Positions 38,780-53,699 of a stretch of DNA of 64,000 bases are shown piece by piece. Source of the DNA: Octopus vulgaris (lineage: Eukaryota). The translations under genes were made by a program, and so were the position numbers. The notes beneath the pieces were generated by a model. The model was not told the origin of the DNA. It saw nothing but the letters and a program-made list of their open reading frames with translations, and did not search any database. The stretch is taken from contig OX597822.1 in assembly GCA_951406725.2 (NCBI GenBank), forward strand, positions 48,856,001 through 48,920,000, in the 5' to 3' direction. Position 1 is the stretch's first letter; every line of letters starts with the position of its first letter.

Positions 38780-39060
38780 CACAACAGAGTGTAAGTGCCC
38801 TGAGAGAAAAGTTGGGCATAAGAAGCTTCAAATGTGGTGTGCAAGAGAGACTGCGCTTGTATGGTTATGTATTATGTATGGATAAGGGGCACTGTGTGAG
38901 GAAGTTCCACTCCCTAACTGTGGAAGGAACCTGTAGAAGAGGTAGACACAGAAAGACATGAAATCAGGTGGTGAAGGATGACTTTCAAGCATTGGGCTGC
39001 ACAGAGGCAATAACAGGAGACCGATACCTTTGAAGATATGCTGTGATTGAGAAAACCCAG
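38780..39060 (+). mobile_element. Decayed RTE LINE 3' fragment
   Basis: Nucleotide similarity to 43535-43800 (acagagtgtaagt.ccctgagagaa...caagagaga...ggaacctgt..aagaggtagac). Confidence 0.65.
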
Positions 39061-40305
39061 CAACTAAAGTGAGATCGCAGCCATGCATGTCCGGCCTAAT
39101 TAAGAGTATCCCTGATGCATTGTGTGATATGATATGCTTGAGAAGATCTGTTGAGTCAAGTAAAACCAATATCGTAGCTGTGGCCAGTGCCCTCTGACTG
39201 GCTCCATGCTGGTGGCATGTAAAAAACACCATCCGAATGTGGTTGATGCCAGTTCTGCCTGACTGGTTCCTGTACTGGTGGCATGTAAAAAGCACCAACC
39301 AAACGTGATCGATGCCAGGCCCGCCTGACTGGCTCTCATGCTGGTGGCACATAAAAAGCACCCACTACACTCTCGGAGTGGTTGGCATTAGGAAGGGCAT
39401 CCAGCTGTAGAAGCATTGCCAGATCAGAATGGAGTCTGGTGCAGCCACTAGGTCTCCAGACCTTAGTCAAACTGTCCAACCCATGCCAGCATGGAAAACG
39501 GATGTTAAATGCTGCTGCTGATGATGATGATTGGACCAAGGCTAAAGTAGAAGACACATGCCCAAGGTATCACACAGCCATGCCTGTTCATATTGTGACA
39601 GAGAAAGATACCAGACAACAATCTTCATATGTTTTATTGTTCTATTTCAGGGATGGTCACGTTTTTTTTTTTTTTTTGCCAAATGAACAACTTCATTATT
39701 GTTCTTATTTTAATGTCCTTTGTCTTAAATCCTTCACCACACTTCCTGTTCTGTTTAATATTTATTATGCTTATCTATTCTCATTCTTTCAAAACAAACA
39801 GGTATTATCTTATAGTTTTCAGAGTTCAATGATGTGATTGTTTATTTTTAAAATAGGCTTGGTGTGAGAGGTTGGATCAAGCTAGTTTGAACAAAAAACT
39901 GATAGAATATTTGGTTCAGATCATTATCATCATCATCATTTCATCCTCCTCCTCATCATCATTTAATGTCTGTTGTCCATGCTGGCATGGGTTGGACAGT
40001 TTGACTGGGCTGGCATGCTGGAAGGCTGCACCAGACTCCAGTCCAATTTGCCATGGCTTTCTATGGCTGGGTGCCCTTCCTAACATCAACAACTCTGAGA
40101 GTGTAATGAGTGCTATTATGTGTCACTGGCATGGGTACCATTTGTGTGATACCAGGGTGTGTTTACATGTCACTGGCATGGGTGCCAATTTGCATGACAC
40201 CAGTATCTGACATGACTGCAATTTTGCTCAGCTTGATGGGTCTTTTTCTCATGCACAACATAAAGCTAAAGGTCTCGGTCATTGCATCTGTGAGGTTCAA
40301 TACTT

Positions 40306-40757
40306 GAAAGAAACTCATCCACCTCGCTTCTGTGAGGCCCAACATTCAAAAGGAACTCAGCGACCTTGCTTCCGTGAGTCCCAACACTCAAATGGAACTC
40401 AGCCAGTTTGAGTCTATGAGGCCCAATACTGGAAAAGAAGTCAGCAAGTTTGCCTCTTTGACGCCCAATGCTTGAAAGGAACTCAACCACTTTGCCTCTG
40501 TGAGGACCAACACTTAAAGGAACTCAGCCACCTTGCCTCCATGAGGACCAATTCTTGAAAAGAACTCAGCCACCATGCCTCCATGAGGACCAATTCTTGA
40601 AAGGAACTCATCCACCTTGCTTCCATGAGGCCCAATGCTTGAAAGGAACACAGCCACCTTGCCTCTATGAGGTGCAATGCTCAAGAGGAACTCAGCCACT
40701 TTGCCTCTATGAGGACCAATTCTTGAAAGGAACTCAGCCACCTTGCCTCCATGAGGT
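40306..40757. repeat. 42-bp minisatellite about x11
   Basis: Unit gaaaggaactcagccaccttgcctccatgaggaccaattctt; yields the 14-aa periodic ORFs. Confidence 0.9.
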
Positions 40758-42746
40758 GGCCAGTTTAAACACTAAAGGGTTAATAGTTGAAACATTTCTC
40801 CAAGTCCATCCATTATAGTGTGCCATTCTTTTATTTTCTGACTTGGGATCATCAGGAACTGAGTGGCCCAAGGAAGGCAAATAGAGACATGACCTTTACC
40901 ACATTCAATCCATCAATTTCTAAGAGTTTTCATGTTTTGCACATCTATCGCAAACATGATTCTTGGTGTTTTTTTCTATTTTAAAACGATGATTAGTTTT
41001 GTTGCAAAGTTCATCTGTAAATGAAGTCACAGCAATTTAGGGGCTGTCTATCCCCACCCCCATTACTTTTTTCTTGCTTGTTTTCAGCCATTTGACTGTG
41101 ACCATCCTGGAGCGTCACCTTGAAGAATTTTTAGTTGAATGAATTGGCTCTAGAACATATTTTCTTTAGTACTTATTCTATTAGGTTCCTTTCACTGAAC
41201 CACTAAGTTACAGGGACATAAACACACCAACACCGGTTGTCAAGTGGTAGTGGAGGACAAACACAGACACAAAGTTTCACACACACATATACATATGACT
41301 AACTTTTTTCAGTTTCAGTCTACAAAATTCACTCACAAGGCTTTGGTTGGCCCAAGGCTGTAGTAGAAGACACTTGCCCAAGGTGCCATGCAGTGGGATT
41401 GAACCAAGAACCATGTGGTTGGGAAGCAAGTTTGATACCTCACAGCCATGTCTGCACATACACAAACACAAACACACACGACTGGCTTCTTTCAGTTTCC
41501 GTCTACAAAATTCACTCACAAGGCTTTGGTCGGCCCAAAGCTGTAGAAGACACTTGCCCAAGGTGCCACACAGTGGGATGGAACACAGAATCATGTGGTT
41601 GGGAAGCAAGCTTCTTACCACACAGCCATGCCAGAGAAAGATAAAAGACAACAATATTAATACACTTAATTGTTCTATTTTTGCCAACTAAATATAGTAT
41701 TATTTTTGTTTTATTTTATTTTAGTGTCCTTTGTCTTAAATATTGCCAGTGGTACACAAAAAGTACCATCCAAGCATGGTCGATGCCAGAACTGCCTGAC
41801 TGGCCCTCGTGCTGGTGGCATGTAAAAGGCACCCACTACACTCTTGGAGTGGTTGGTGTTAGGAAGGGCATCCAGCTGTAGAAACTCTACCAGATCAGAT
41901 TGAGCCTGGTGCAGCCTTCTGGCTTGCCAGCCCTCGGTCAAACCGTCTGACCCATGCCAGCATGAAAAGCAAATGCAGAATGATGATGATGATGATGATG
42001 ATGATTGTGACCTCTTCAAGGACTCTCTCCTGTTCTGTTTAAGTCCATTTTATCTTTCTATTATTCATATATCTTTAATTGCTGTTTTACAAACTACTTG
42101 ATCAAGAATAGAATTAGTATTCATATCAAACCACCACCACCACCACCACCACCGCCGCCGCCGTCGCTGCCACCAGCAAGAGCTTTTAGCATGAGGTTTA
42201 AACACCCATTACGCTGCCCTACTTTTCCCTCAGCTACATACTAAAACTACTTCATTCTATCCACGACTTTCTTTTTCAGCTCACTTCAAAATTTCTAAAA
42301 CTTCCATTGTTTTATCGAGGCCATGTTTTAAAGCAAACGATTCAACAAAGAGGAGAAGACACAAGAAAGACATTGCAATCAAAGACAGGTGGCAAGTTTT
42401 AGCTGGAATGCATTAATTTCATGTAATGTGTATGCATGTGTTTGTATATACATATATGTGTGTGTATATATTATCATGTATATATATGTATACATACATA
42501 CATACATACACACACACATATATAGATAGATAGATAGACAGATAGATGGATTGATAGAACTTACTTGGAAGAGGATGCATGCCATTCGATATCAATATAT
42601 ATATATATATAGTCAATAATAATAAGGGTAAAATTAATTAATTAATTAGTAATTAATAATTTTACCAAGCAGTGTTCAGTATGTAAAAGGACCATTTATG
42701 GTAAATTTAAACATTATTTTATAATTCAGCAATTTTTGCTGAATCC

Positions 42747-43805
<1,059 letters not shown>

Positions 43806-43903
43806 CAAATGAGACTGTAACCTCACGGCCTATGTCAGAGGTGTAACCAGCCCACTTATGCATACCTTTGGGAAGCAAGCTTCTTACCACACAGCCATGC
43901 CTA

Positions 43904-43991
<88 letters not shown>

Positions 43992-44189
43992 GAGAGAGAG
44001 AGAGAGAGAGAGAGATAGGCATGGCTGTGTGGTAAGAAGCTTGCTTCCCAACCACATGGTTCCAGGTTCTGTCCCACTATATGGCACTTTGGGAAAGTGT
44101 CTTCTACTATAGCCTCAGGCTAACCAAAGCCTTGTGAGAGGATTTGGTAGACAGGAACTGAAAGAAGCCCATTATGTGTGTGTGTATAG

Positions 44190-44420
44190 ATGGAAATGGC
44201 TGGGTCAAGTTTGTTGCTAAAAACTGAACTCAGTTGTCAGGATCGTTTTGCAATGGGTTCCACAAGGTAAAAGAACACGATGCAGAGAACAATAACAAAA
44301 GATCTTAAAAGCAGAGGGTTAACAATGGAACAATCTGTCAAGGATGCTCTCAGCGCTAGAAGGTGGAATAATTTTGCTGTCACCTCAAGTGCCACAAGGC
44401 ACAATGAGAATCAAATGTAA
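44190..44420 (+). mobile_element. RTE-like 3' fragment of a different family, nested in a SINE A
   Basis: KWLGQV...RIVLQWVPQGKR...RRWNNF; SINE A sequence resumes at about 44425. Confidence 0.5.
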
Positions 44421-46991
44421 TGAATGTGTGTCCATGCTTGTCCCTCAGCACTGCTTGACAACTGGTGTTGATGCGTTTACATCCCCATAACTTGATAGTT
44501 TGGCAAAAGAGATCATTAGAAGTGGCAGGCTTAAAAATAAAATAAGCAGCGGTGTTGCGTTGGTCAACTAAAATTCTTCAAGACAGAGTCTAATGATTGA
44601 AACATTCTGAAGATAAAAGATGGCCTGTTTGGCTTCAAAATTCCTGTGTCAACTAATTTCTTCTAAGTTGATTCCTTAGACCGTTCCCTAGACTTAACCT
44701 CATGCTCTCGTAAACAGTTACAACTGTGTGTAGGCTCTTGGTATGACTTGCAAGCAGTAATCACCTTCAACAGCTCTATGAAATGTTTATCGAGTGTCCA
44801 TTATAAAAACCTCTCTGTATTTGTAGTTTACTGAGAAATACTTATGCAGCACAGAACTTTATCAGTGATCAGGTCGTGGTCTCAAAGTAAAGAAAGTATT
44901 TTGGCAAATTAAACCTAAATGTTGAAGTGTATCTAACAGCATTTGTGTGTTTTTTTAATTGCTTATAAACACCTTCCACACCGCAATTGATTTTGTTTCA
45001 GCATACGATCTCAGATCAGGTCACTTGCTATGCAAGTACATCTCCATAATATTTATTTAATAATGCTACAGATTTCTTGTCTGTGCTAGATTTAACATTT
45101 CTTTAAAAAAAGAAACAGAGGGTGTATTTTCGTAGGTCAACTTTTAGGTTTCCTATTTTTTAACTGAAAGGTCATATGATATCATATCTTATTTTCCCCA
45201 TACTTTCTCATAGACCATCGTCCTAGTTTTCAAATACATCTGGCAAATTATTGTATCTCTGACAGATGAAGCTATTAGTAGCTCTTTTTTCAATGGTGTA
45301 TATTAAATGATCTTTAATCTCAATTGATAAAGCAGCTTTTTTTGTTGATCTTACTGTAATAGAACAGTAAACCATATTTGTGTGTGTACTCTTTACTCTC
45401 TTTTACTTGTTTCAGTCATTTGGCTGCAGCCATGCAGGAGCACCACCTTTAGTCAAACAAATTGACTCCAGGACTTATTCTTTGCAAACCTAGTACTTAT
45501 TCTATCGGTCTATTTTTGTCAAAATGCTAACTGATGGGGACGTAAACACACCAGCATCACTTGTCAAATGATGGCGGGGGGAGAACAAACACACACATTT
45601 ATATACATATATATGTATATGACAGGCTTCTTTCAGTTTCCATCTAGTAAATCCACTCACAAGGCTTTGGTAAGCCCAAGGCTATAGTAGAAGGCACTTG
45701 CCCAAGATGCCACGCAGTGTGACTGAACCCGGAACCATGTGGTTGGTAAGCAAGCTCCTTACCATACAGCCACCCCTTTGACCATGAATGACCACAGGAT
45801 TGCACCTAGAAAGTTCCCCTCCAAGGGACAAGTCCAAGCAAGGTTGTTTATGGAAGATCAGCAGTCACCCATGCATACCAGCCTCCCTTCTCCACGCCAC
45901 CGATGTCATCCAAGGGAAAGGGAAAGGCACCAGTGACGTCGCAACTCATTTCAACAGTTGAGTGAATTGGAGCAATGTGAAATAAAGTGTCTTACTCAAG
46001 AACACTATACACAGCCTGGACCTGGAATTGAAATCACAACTACACAATTGAAGGCCTGATGCTCTAACCACTGAGCTATCCATCATCATATATATATATG
46101 CAGGAGCAGCTGTGTGGTAAGACTGAGGGTTGGTAAGCCAGAAGGCTGCACCAAACTCCAATCCAATCTGGCTATGTTTCTTCCTAACACCAACTACTCC
46201 GAGAGTGTAGTGGATGCTTTTTATGTGCCACTGGCATGGGTGCCTGTCAGATGGTACTGTTATTGGCCACGACAATAACTTCACTTGACTTAACAGGTCT
46301 TCACAAGCGCAGTTTATTGCCCAATGATTGAAGGGTACTCTTAAATGGGCCGGTTATGCTGCACTGGTATACAGGTTAAACCATTAGAAATAATGAAGTG
46401 GGGCCAGTCAAAGCTTTGAACAAAAAAAATTTGTCCTCAAGAGCTGCTGGAAGTTTGAAAATACAATTGTAGTGCAAAGACAGGTTAGGAGAGAGTTTCA
46501 AATGAATTCCTCAGGAGTTCAAAAAATTCCATTGCTTTGCGTTTTCCCTAATGTCTGGAGCAGAATGGTCATCAACTTGAAACCAGACTCTTTTACTCGT
46601 TTCAGTCATCTGACTGCGGCCATGCTGGAGCATCGCCTTTAGTCGAACAAACTGACCCTAGGACTTTTTGTTTGTAAGCATAGTACTTATTCTATCGACC
46701 TCTTTTGCTGTCCACTATGCTACGGGGACATAAACACACCAATCTTGGTGTGTTTATGGGGGGGGGGGGGACAAACAAACATTATATATATATATATATA
46801 TAAGCTTTCAATTTCTGTCTACCAAATCCACAAGCAGGGCTTTGGTCAGCCAGAAGCTATAGTAGAAGACACTTGCGAAGATGCTACACAGTGGAACTGA
46901 ACCCGGCACCATGTGGCATGTGGTTGTTAAGCAAGTTTCTTACCACACAGCCACACCTGAAAAAATTAAATTCTGAAACTGAAATTTATTT

Positions 46992-47385
46992 TAGTTCTAT
47001 ATTTAAGAGATGAGGAATTATATACATTTTTTACATGTAACGGATATTTGTCCTCATCTTGTTTGTTGCTAACATTGCATTTCGGCTGATATACCCTCCC
47101 GCCTTCATCAGATGTCTTGGGGAAATTTCAAACCTGGATTCTCATTCTTAAGGCGTAGTGGTTAAGAGCGTGGGCTACTAACCCCAAGATTCTGAGTTTG
47201 ATTCCAGGCAGTGACCTGAATAATAGTAATAATAATAATAATAAAATCGAAAAATACCTTGGAATGAGAACCCAGGTTCCAAATTTTCCCAAAACACATG
47301 AAGGCTGGAGGGTATATCAGCCAAAACGTGTTAACAACAAACAAGATGAGGACAAATATCTGTCAAGTGTAAATAATGTAAAAAA
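46992..47385. mobile_element. tRNA-headed non-autonomous retroelement with hammerhead-like tail and inverted 5' copy (Penelope-like architecture)
   Basis: Inverted arms about 47023-47153 and 47257-47380; tRNA-like head 47152-47218; CTGATGA...GAAA on minus at 47111-47080; 12-bp flanking direct repeat tgaaatttattt. Confidence 0.6.
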
Positions 47386-47426
47386 TGAAATTTATTTAAT
47401 TAACACTGGCTTTATAAACATTAATC

Positions 47427-47466
<40 letters not shown>

Positions 47467-47555
47467 CACACACACACATATAAGCAGTCAGTCTACTCTG
47501 CTGAGTGGTCAGTGTTAGGAAAGGTTTCCAGTCATAAAAACCGTGTCAAAAAGTC

Positions 47556-47586
<31 letters not shown>

Positions 47587-49639
47587 TCTGGTGCAGTCTC
47601 CTGCCTGACCAGCTCCTGTCAAACCGTCCAACCCATACCAGCATGGAAAGCAGACATTAAATGATGATGATGATATATAATCCAAATAGGTCTGGCTGTG
47701 TGGTAAGAAGCTTGCTTCTCAACCACATGCTTCTGGGTTCTGTCCCACAGCATGGCACCTTGGACAAGTGTCTTCTACTATAGACTCAAGCCAACCAAAG
47801 CCTTGTGAGTGGATTTGGAAGACAGAAACTGAAAAAAGCCCATCGTGTGTGTATGTGTATATATATATATATATATGTATTATGTATGTATGTATGTGTG
47901 TGTGTCTGTATTTGTAGCCCTGCCATCACTTGACAACCAACACCAGTATATTCATGTCCCCATAAATTAGAGGTGTGGCAAAAGAGACTAACAGAATAAC
48001 TACTAAGCTTATAAAGAATAAGTTCTGGGGTCAATTTGACTAAAACTCTTTCCCCCTTTAGTGTTCAGATTAATCTGTCAAATGAAGTGCTTATTTGTTC
48101 ACGCTATTTTGAATTCTTCAGGTTCAAAGGGGGTTTCCACAATCTCTGCTTGTAACTTTAATTTTTTACATACAGATTTGAAGTTTTGTCAGTGGGTGCT
48201 TGTATACCAGTGGTTTATAGTTATGTAATTTTAGCTGATCTTGCTGATTAACTTTGACCTTTAAATTTAATTTAAAGGTCAATTTAATTAACAGGTGTAA
48301 AAGGAACAACATTATAAACATCATCATCATATTCAAATCAAGTGACAGTCATTGACAATAAGAAAAGGTTCAAGGCTTTGTGTATTCTTTGTGAGAAGTC
48401 AGAAAAAAAAAAGAGTTTACATAAAAACATTCTCATCAGGTAACAGATTTTTCCCCCGTCTATCAGATTTACTTACAAGGCTTTGGTTAAGCCAGGGCAA
48501 CGGAAGAAAACACTTGCTCAAGGTGTCTTGTAGTGGGACTGAACTCAAGACCCTATGGTTGGGAAGAAAGCTTCTTACATGTGGGTGTAACCACACAGCT
48601 ATAACTATACATATGAAAACACAAATTATCAACACTGCTTCATTTTAGAATTTCTTTATTTTTCAAAATTAACATAATGGGTTTAACAAAATTTATTTTT
48701 AAAAAATAGCAAAGAAAAATAACTGAAATTGATTTATCCAATTTGATGAAAAAAAAAAAAGAAAACAATGTCATTCTTAAAAATATTTATAAAGAATTAT
48801 TCAAAAAAATTTTTTGAGGAGAGGGGAAAGCCGATTACATTGAGATGGCAGCAGAGTCAATACATCAAACTGTTTTAGGGGCATTTCTTCTGTTTCCTTA
48901 GATTTCAGAGTTCAAATCGCACCAAGATCAACTCTGCCCTTCATCCTTTTGTGATTGCTGAAATAAAGTACCAGTCAAGGACTGGAATCAATTTAATCGA
49001 CTATCTTACTCCTGCTAGCCTTGTGCCAAAATTTGAAACCATTATTGTTATTATTATTATTGAGTAAACAAGCAACATATGCCATCAAAGTGATACTGGG
49101 GTATAAATATATGAAGCCTAGTATACCCATCATGACTACCTGTCTGATAGCGGTACACTAGGCACATGCATCACAACCATATGTGCACAAGATGATCTGA
49201 TATCAAGGTAAACAGTGCATGGACTTTCAGGTGGGACCCAGTTAGAATTTTCAAATCTTTTTGGTTTGAACGGCAGTTTTTAACATAATTTCTAGGTAAC
49301 TAAAAAATTTTAAACTTCGTATACTGGTAGAATGTGTTTATAAAACATCATTTTCTCTTGGCTTTCTTGAGAAAATTCTGTAGTTTGTAACATATTTCGT
49401 CTTTAATTTCTTGCATTTCGGCAATTTTAACCAATTAAATACGTCCATTGAGGTAAACAACATTCTGTGCCGTATGAATATGTCTCTCGTTTAAGAAACA
49501 GATTGGGTTTATTTACATTTGTGAAGAAAAAAAAAATACCCTTCCCCCCACCCCTAACCCTAAATCTAAAATAGATTGAAATGCAATAGATTGATTCTAG
49601 GGTCATAATTATGGGCGACAATTTCATATGACACCAATA

Positions 49640-50510
49640 GTTAGTGGAAGAAAAGTGCGACGACGTTCTCGGGGAAACTCTAGGCATTGACGATAATGAG
49701 CTGAGCAGTCTGTTCTGAAGGACTTTCGGGCCAGGGCCAATGGATAATTTCTAGAAATCCCTCACCTGGCAGTGTTACCAAGGGGCTCTGCCTGTTCGAG
49801 ATAAACTCTACTGGTACGGAAGTGCCGTCAGCCGGACCTGCCCGAGGTGCTGCCAGGACGATGAAACTGTTCTGCACACACTCATCCAGTGTCCGAGTAT
49901 TGCTGAACTATGGGTTTATGTCGAAGAGCTACTGTTGTGTATAGGACGAATCCGGCTATCAGCTGAATCCATAGTGAAGATTGCCCCACCGACCTCCTTT
50001 AACCGGGAGGGCAAGGCAGTTTTCCTTTGCCTAATGGCTGTAGCAAAAGAGGTGGTATGGTGGACCCGTTTGAAAGGGCTATGGTCAGACACTTTCCTCT
50101 TTGGCCCAGGCCTCATCAACTTTTTCAAATTTCACTTGAAAAGGAAGGTGAGAGTAGAGAGGGAAGTGCTGTCTGATAGCAAGTTTAATGAAAGGTGGAT
50201 AAATGTCGCAAGAATGGCTAGTATGAAAGGAGCCATTCTGAGGATACACCTGTAAGAAAAAGGTATTACAAAAGGAGAAAGGGGCTCTCTACCCCACCTT
50301 TTGACCAAGCTCCCATGGCTTTTATGGGTTTTTCAACCAGGAACCTTTTGTAACGCCTCCCCCTATGGGGAGTTTTTTTCATTGTTACACTGTTTTTTAC
50401 ATGGATTTTTACAAACGGACAAAACCCTTTGTAACTTTCGTCCTGTGTTTTGTCCCTTTATGTTATAATTAATTTTTGTCAGTCCTTGTGGCCAATAAAA
50501 GAATTAATTA
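49640..50510 (+). mobile_element. Tx1/L1-like LINE 3' end (zf-RVT region, C-terminus, 3' UTR)
   Basis: KSLTWQCYQGALPVRDKL...TCPRC...ETVLHTLIQCP...KEVVWWTR; stop at 50255; AATAAA at about 50494 followed by (TTA)n-like sequence. Confidence 0.8.
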
Positions 50511-51049
50511 TTTTATTATTATTGTTGTGGTGTTTAGCAAAATGTTTAGTCTCTACATTCTGAGTTCAAATTCTGAGGTTAGCTATGCCTTTCATCTTTT
50601 CAGTGGTGGGAGTCAATAAAATGAGTACCAGTTACAAACTAACCCTCTGCCCCAGAATTTTAAACTGAGAAAAGCATGCCAAAGAAAACCATTGAAAACC
50701 ATGCCAAATCAGACTGGAGTCTGGTGCAGCCTTCCAGCTTACAAGCCCCAGTCAAACCATCCAATCCATGCCAGCATGGAGAACGGATGTTAAATGATGA
50801 TTGTTTGTCTATCAACACCTGCTCAGGGTGTATCCAGAATGACATTTAGTACATAGCAAGGGGTAGACAATATGGCACCATTTCGGTGCTTGTTAAGTCA
50901 GAAGGCCTCCCTATGAGTGGGCTACATAAATGCTCATCAACTGCGGTCCCCTTGGAAGGAAGGTCGCTCGCTCAACAATCTCAGGTTGCTAGGGCTGGAT
51001 GTGATAGCACCACTACCAACAACAAGGATGCAACCAATGGCAAACAATG

Positions 51050-51760
51050 ACACCGACAAAAACAACTTCACCATATCAAATAAGGTCAGCTGACATGGCC
51101 AGTGCTAAAAAAGAAATGTTTCTGTTGGCCCTCAATGAGAAGATAAAGGAACTGACCCAAGCCATAAAAACCCAGTAAAATTGAGTGGGGTAAGGCCTCC
51201 TAAAATGATGGAAACAAAAGAAAATAAAAACAGTATATTTTAAATGTGCCTCGTGTAAATGCAGCTAAGCCAAAATGACCTCAATCTGTCAAGTGGAGGA
51301 AGCTCTGAAGGATATTTTAGATGTGGCCCACATGAAAAGAAGCAGACAGTATGACAGTTTCGAGGTCCTCTTCAAAAATGAGGACCCTGCACAAAAACTT
51401 CTGGTAGAGTGAGGAGTGGGTTCTGTGCCCAACCGATCTTTCAAAAAGAACAGCCAGGATAAGAATATCGGGTATTCTGCCCTGGCGTGAACATCTAGTG
51501 GATTGTCACCTCCTGGAGGTGAAACAGAACAGTAGGGAGACTGTTCTGGGTTAACCATAGAAATCTTGCTTCTTGTGAAACCAGAAAACTCCAACACTAT
51601 GGCAACCCCACATTGCCCCAAAAAGAAAACACACACAACAGACAACCGCAGAAACTCCTAACTTCATGCTGTTGAGGAGAGCCAACAAAAATTTGATTAT
51701 TGTCATAGCCAAAAATAAGGAAATTGGGAGAGGGGGTGCAATATACAACACCCCGGAATC
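51050..51760 (+). mobile_element. Decayed Tx1-like ORF1 fragment
   Basis: VEEALKDILDVAHMKRSRQYDSFEVLF...WVLCPTDLSKRTARIRI parallels the ORF1 at 53852-54244. Many stops. Confidence 0.55.
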
Positions 51761-52408
51761 CTCACACCAAAAAGAAAAAAAAAATTGACGAACAACACAA
51801 AAAATTCTCCAATCTCATAAGGGGTAATGTCTTTTATAGCATTTGATAATTTTAATAAGGAAAATTTATAAGTTCTTATAAATTCTTTTTTCAATATTAT
51901 AGTTTCATTATATTATGCATGAGAAATATAATAATTTTGTTTCTTCCAATAAATTGCAGTTAAAAATATAGAACAATTGTAAAGATTTATGAATCTGGGG
52001 AAGACTCAGACATTATAATATCAAATATTGTGATCTTGCCATGAGAAACAGAAACTGTCATAACTGGTGTCCACACCATTCTTGTTATCATTCCACTTAA
52101 AAAGGGATTTTTATGATAGACCCATTCAGTTTCAAAATTAAAGTTCTTCGCTCTCATTCACTCATTACCCATTCATTTCCTACAGAAACATATCTTAGGA
52201 GTAGAAATGTTGTGTAAGGGATGATAAAATTAAAAAACACAATTTGTGATTTTACATTGAGGGAAACATCTCATTTCTCATTCAGAATGTTTCTCATTTC
52301 TAGGAGAACAAATTAATTGGTAGGAGAATACAATTAAATATGAATTCATGGCAAAAATGATACCTCAGATATTACTCCAGCACCATAGCATTATTTGCTC
52401 ATATTAAC

Positions 52409-53392
52409 AGAGTTTACATGGCAGCAGAAATGTTCAATGCACACCTTTCACCAATTTCACTACAATGGTAGGCTTCTGCTTACCATTCCAGTCAGGAAAA
52501 TAATTAACCTATTCACTTCGAAAATTAAATCAATTCAGTTAGTTTTTTTCAGGATTTCACATTCACAATATTCGAAATTTATAGGTATGAAACTGGTAGA
52601 ACCATTTACTTGATTGACCAAAATGATAATAGAACTGAGAACTAATTTCTTGCCATTTTACATATATAAAAAAAATGCAACATATGATACAGTTAAGATT
52701 ACCTTTGGTATCTTGCTTAGTATTTTCTACATTTATAAGTGTAGAAATGTTGTGCAAGGGACAATAATAACATAAACTATCAATTTCTTACCATTTTACA
52801 TATAGGAAAAAATGGTTGTCATTCCCATTTAAGTTTCAAGATATGATAGAATTAGGATTACCTTTGGTGAGTTAATATTTTCTACATTTATAAGCGTCTA
52901 TAAGAGTTTACATGGCAGCAGAAATGTTCAATGCACACCTTTCACCAATTTCACTACGATGGTAGGCTTCTGCTTACCATTCCAGTCAGGAAAATGATTA
53001 ACCTATTCACTTCGAAAATTAAATCAATTCAGTTAGTTTTTTTCAGGATTTCACATTCACAATATTCGAAATTTATAGGTATGAAACTGGTAGAACCATT
53101 TACTTGATTGACCAAAATGATAATAGAACTGAGAACTAATTTCTTGCCATTTTACATATATAAAAAAAAATGCAACATATGATACAGTTAAGATTACCTT
53201 TGGTATCTTGCTTAGTATTTTCTACATTTATAAGTGTAGAAATGTTGTGCAAGGGACAATAATAACATAAACTATCAATTTCTTACCATTTTACATATAG
53301 GAAAAAATGGTTGTCATTCCCATTTAAGTTTCAAGATATGATAGAATTAGGATTACCTTTGGTGAGTTAATATTTTCTACATTTATAAGCGT
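52409..53392. repeat. Near-identical 494-bp tandem duplication within an AT-rich satellite-like region
   Basis: agagtttacatggcagcagaaatg starts at both 52409 and 52903; filler ctata at the junction. Diverged paralogues at 57820-58388. Confidence 0.92.
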
Positions 53393-53699
53393 AGAAATGT
53401 TGTGCAAGGGATGATAATAGAATTAAGAATCAATTTCTTGCCATTCTACATTGAAGAAAACATAACTTCTCCATTACAATATTCAAATTTATGAGGGTGG
53501 AACTGAATGCCAAGACAACATATGTTGTTGACAGGTATGGTATAAGGGTGCCAGTGTTGGATGTGACCAGAGTCCATATTGTTTAGTCATTTTGACCCGT
53601 GTAATTCACTTTGTTGATTACTTGTTGAAGGTCTCCAACTAATTATTGTTAATTATTGAAATGCTATTTTCACCTAATTGTTTTCTTACCCATTTATGG

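Noticed and set aside
40483-40818. 14-aa repeat protein ORFs on both strands
   Set aside because: A consequence of a 42-bp minisatellite with frame-breaking units; no gene structure.
47152-47218. tRNA gene candidates (also SINE heads at 5614, 13751, 35851)
   Set aside because: A/B boxes are present but there is no complete acceptor stem, and the sequences continue into repeat bodies, so they are SINE heads.
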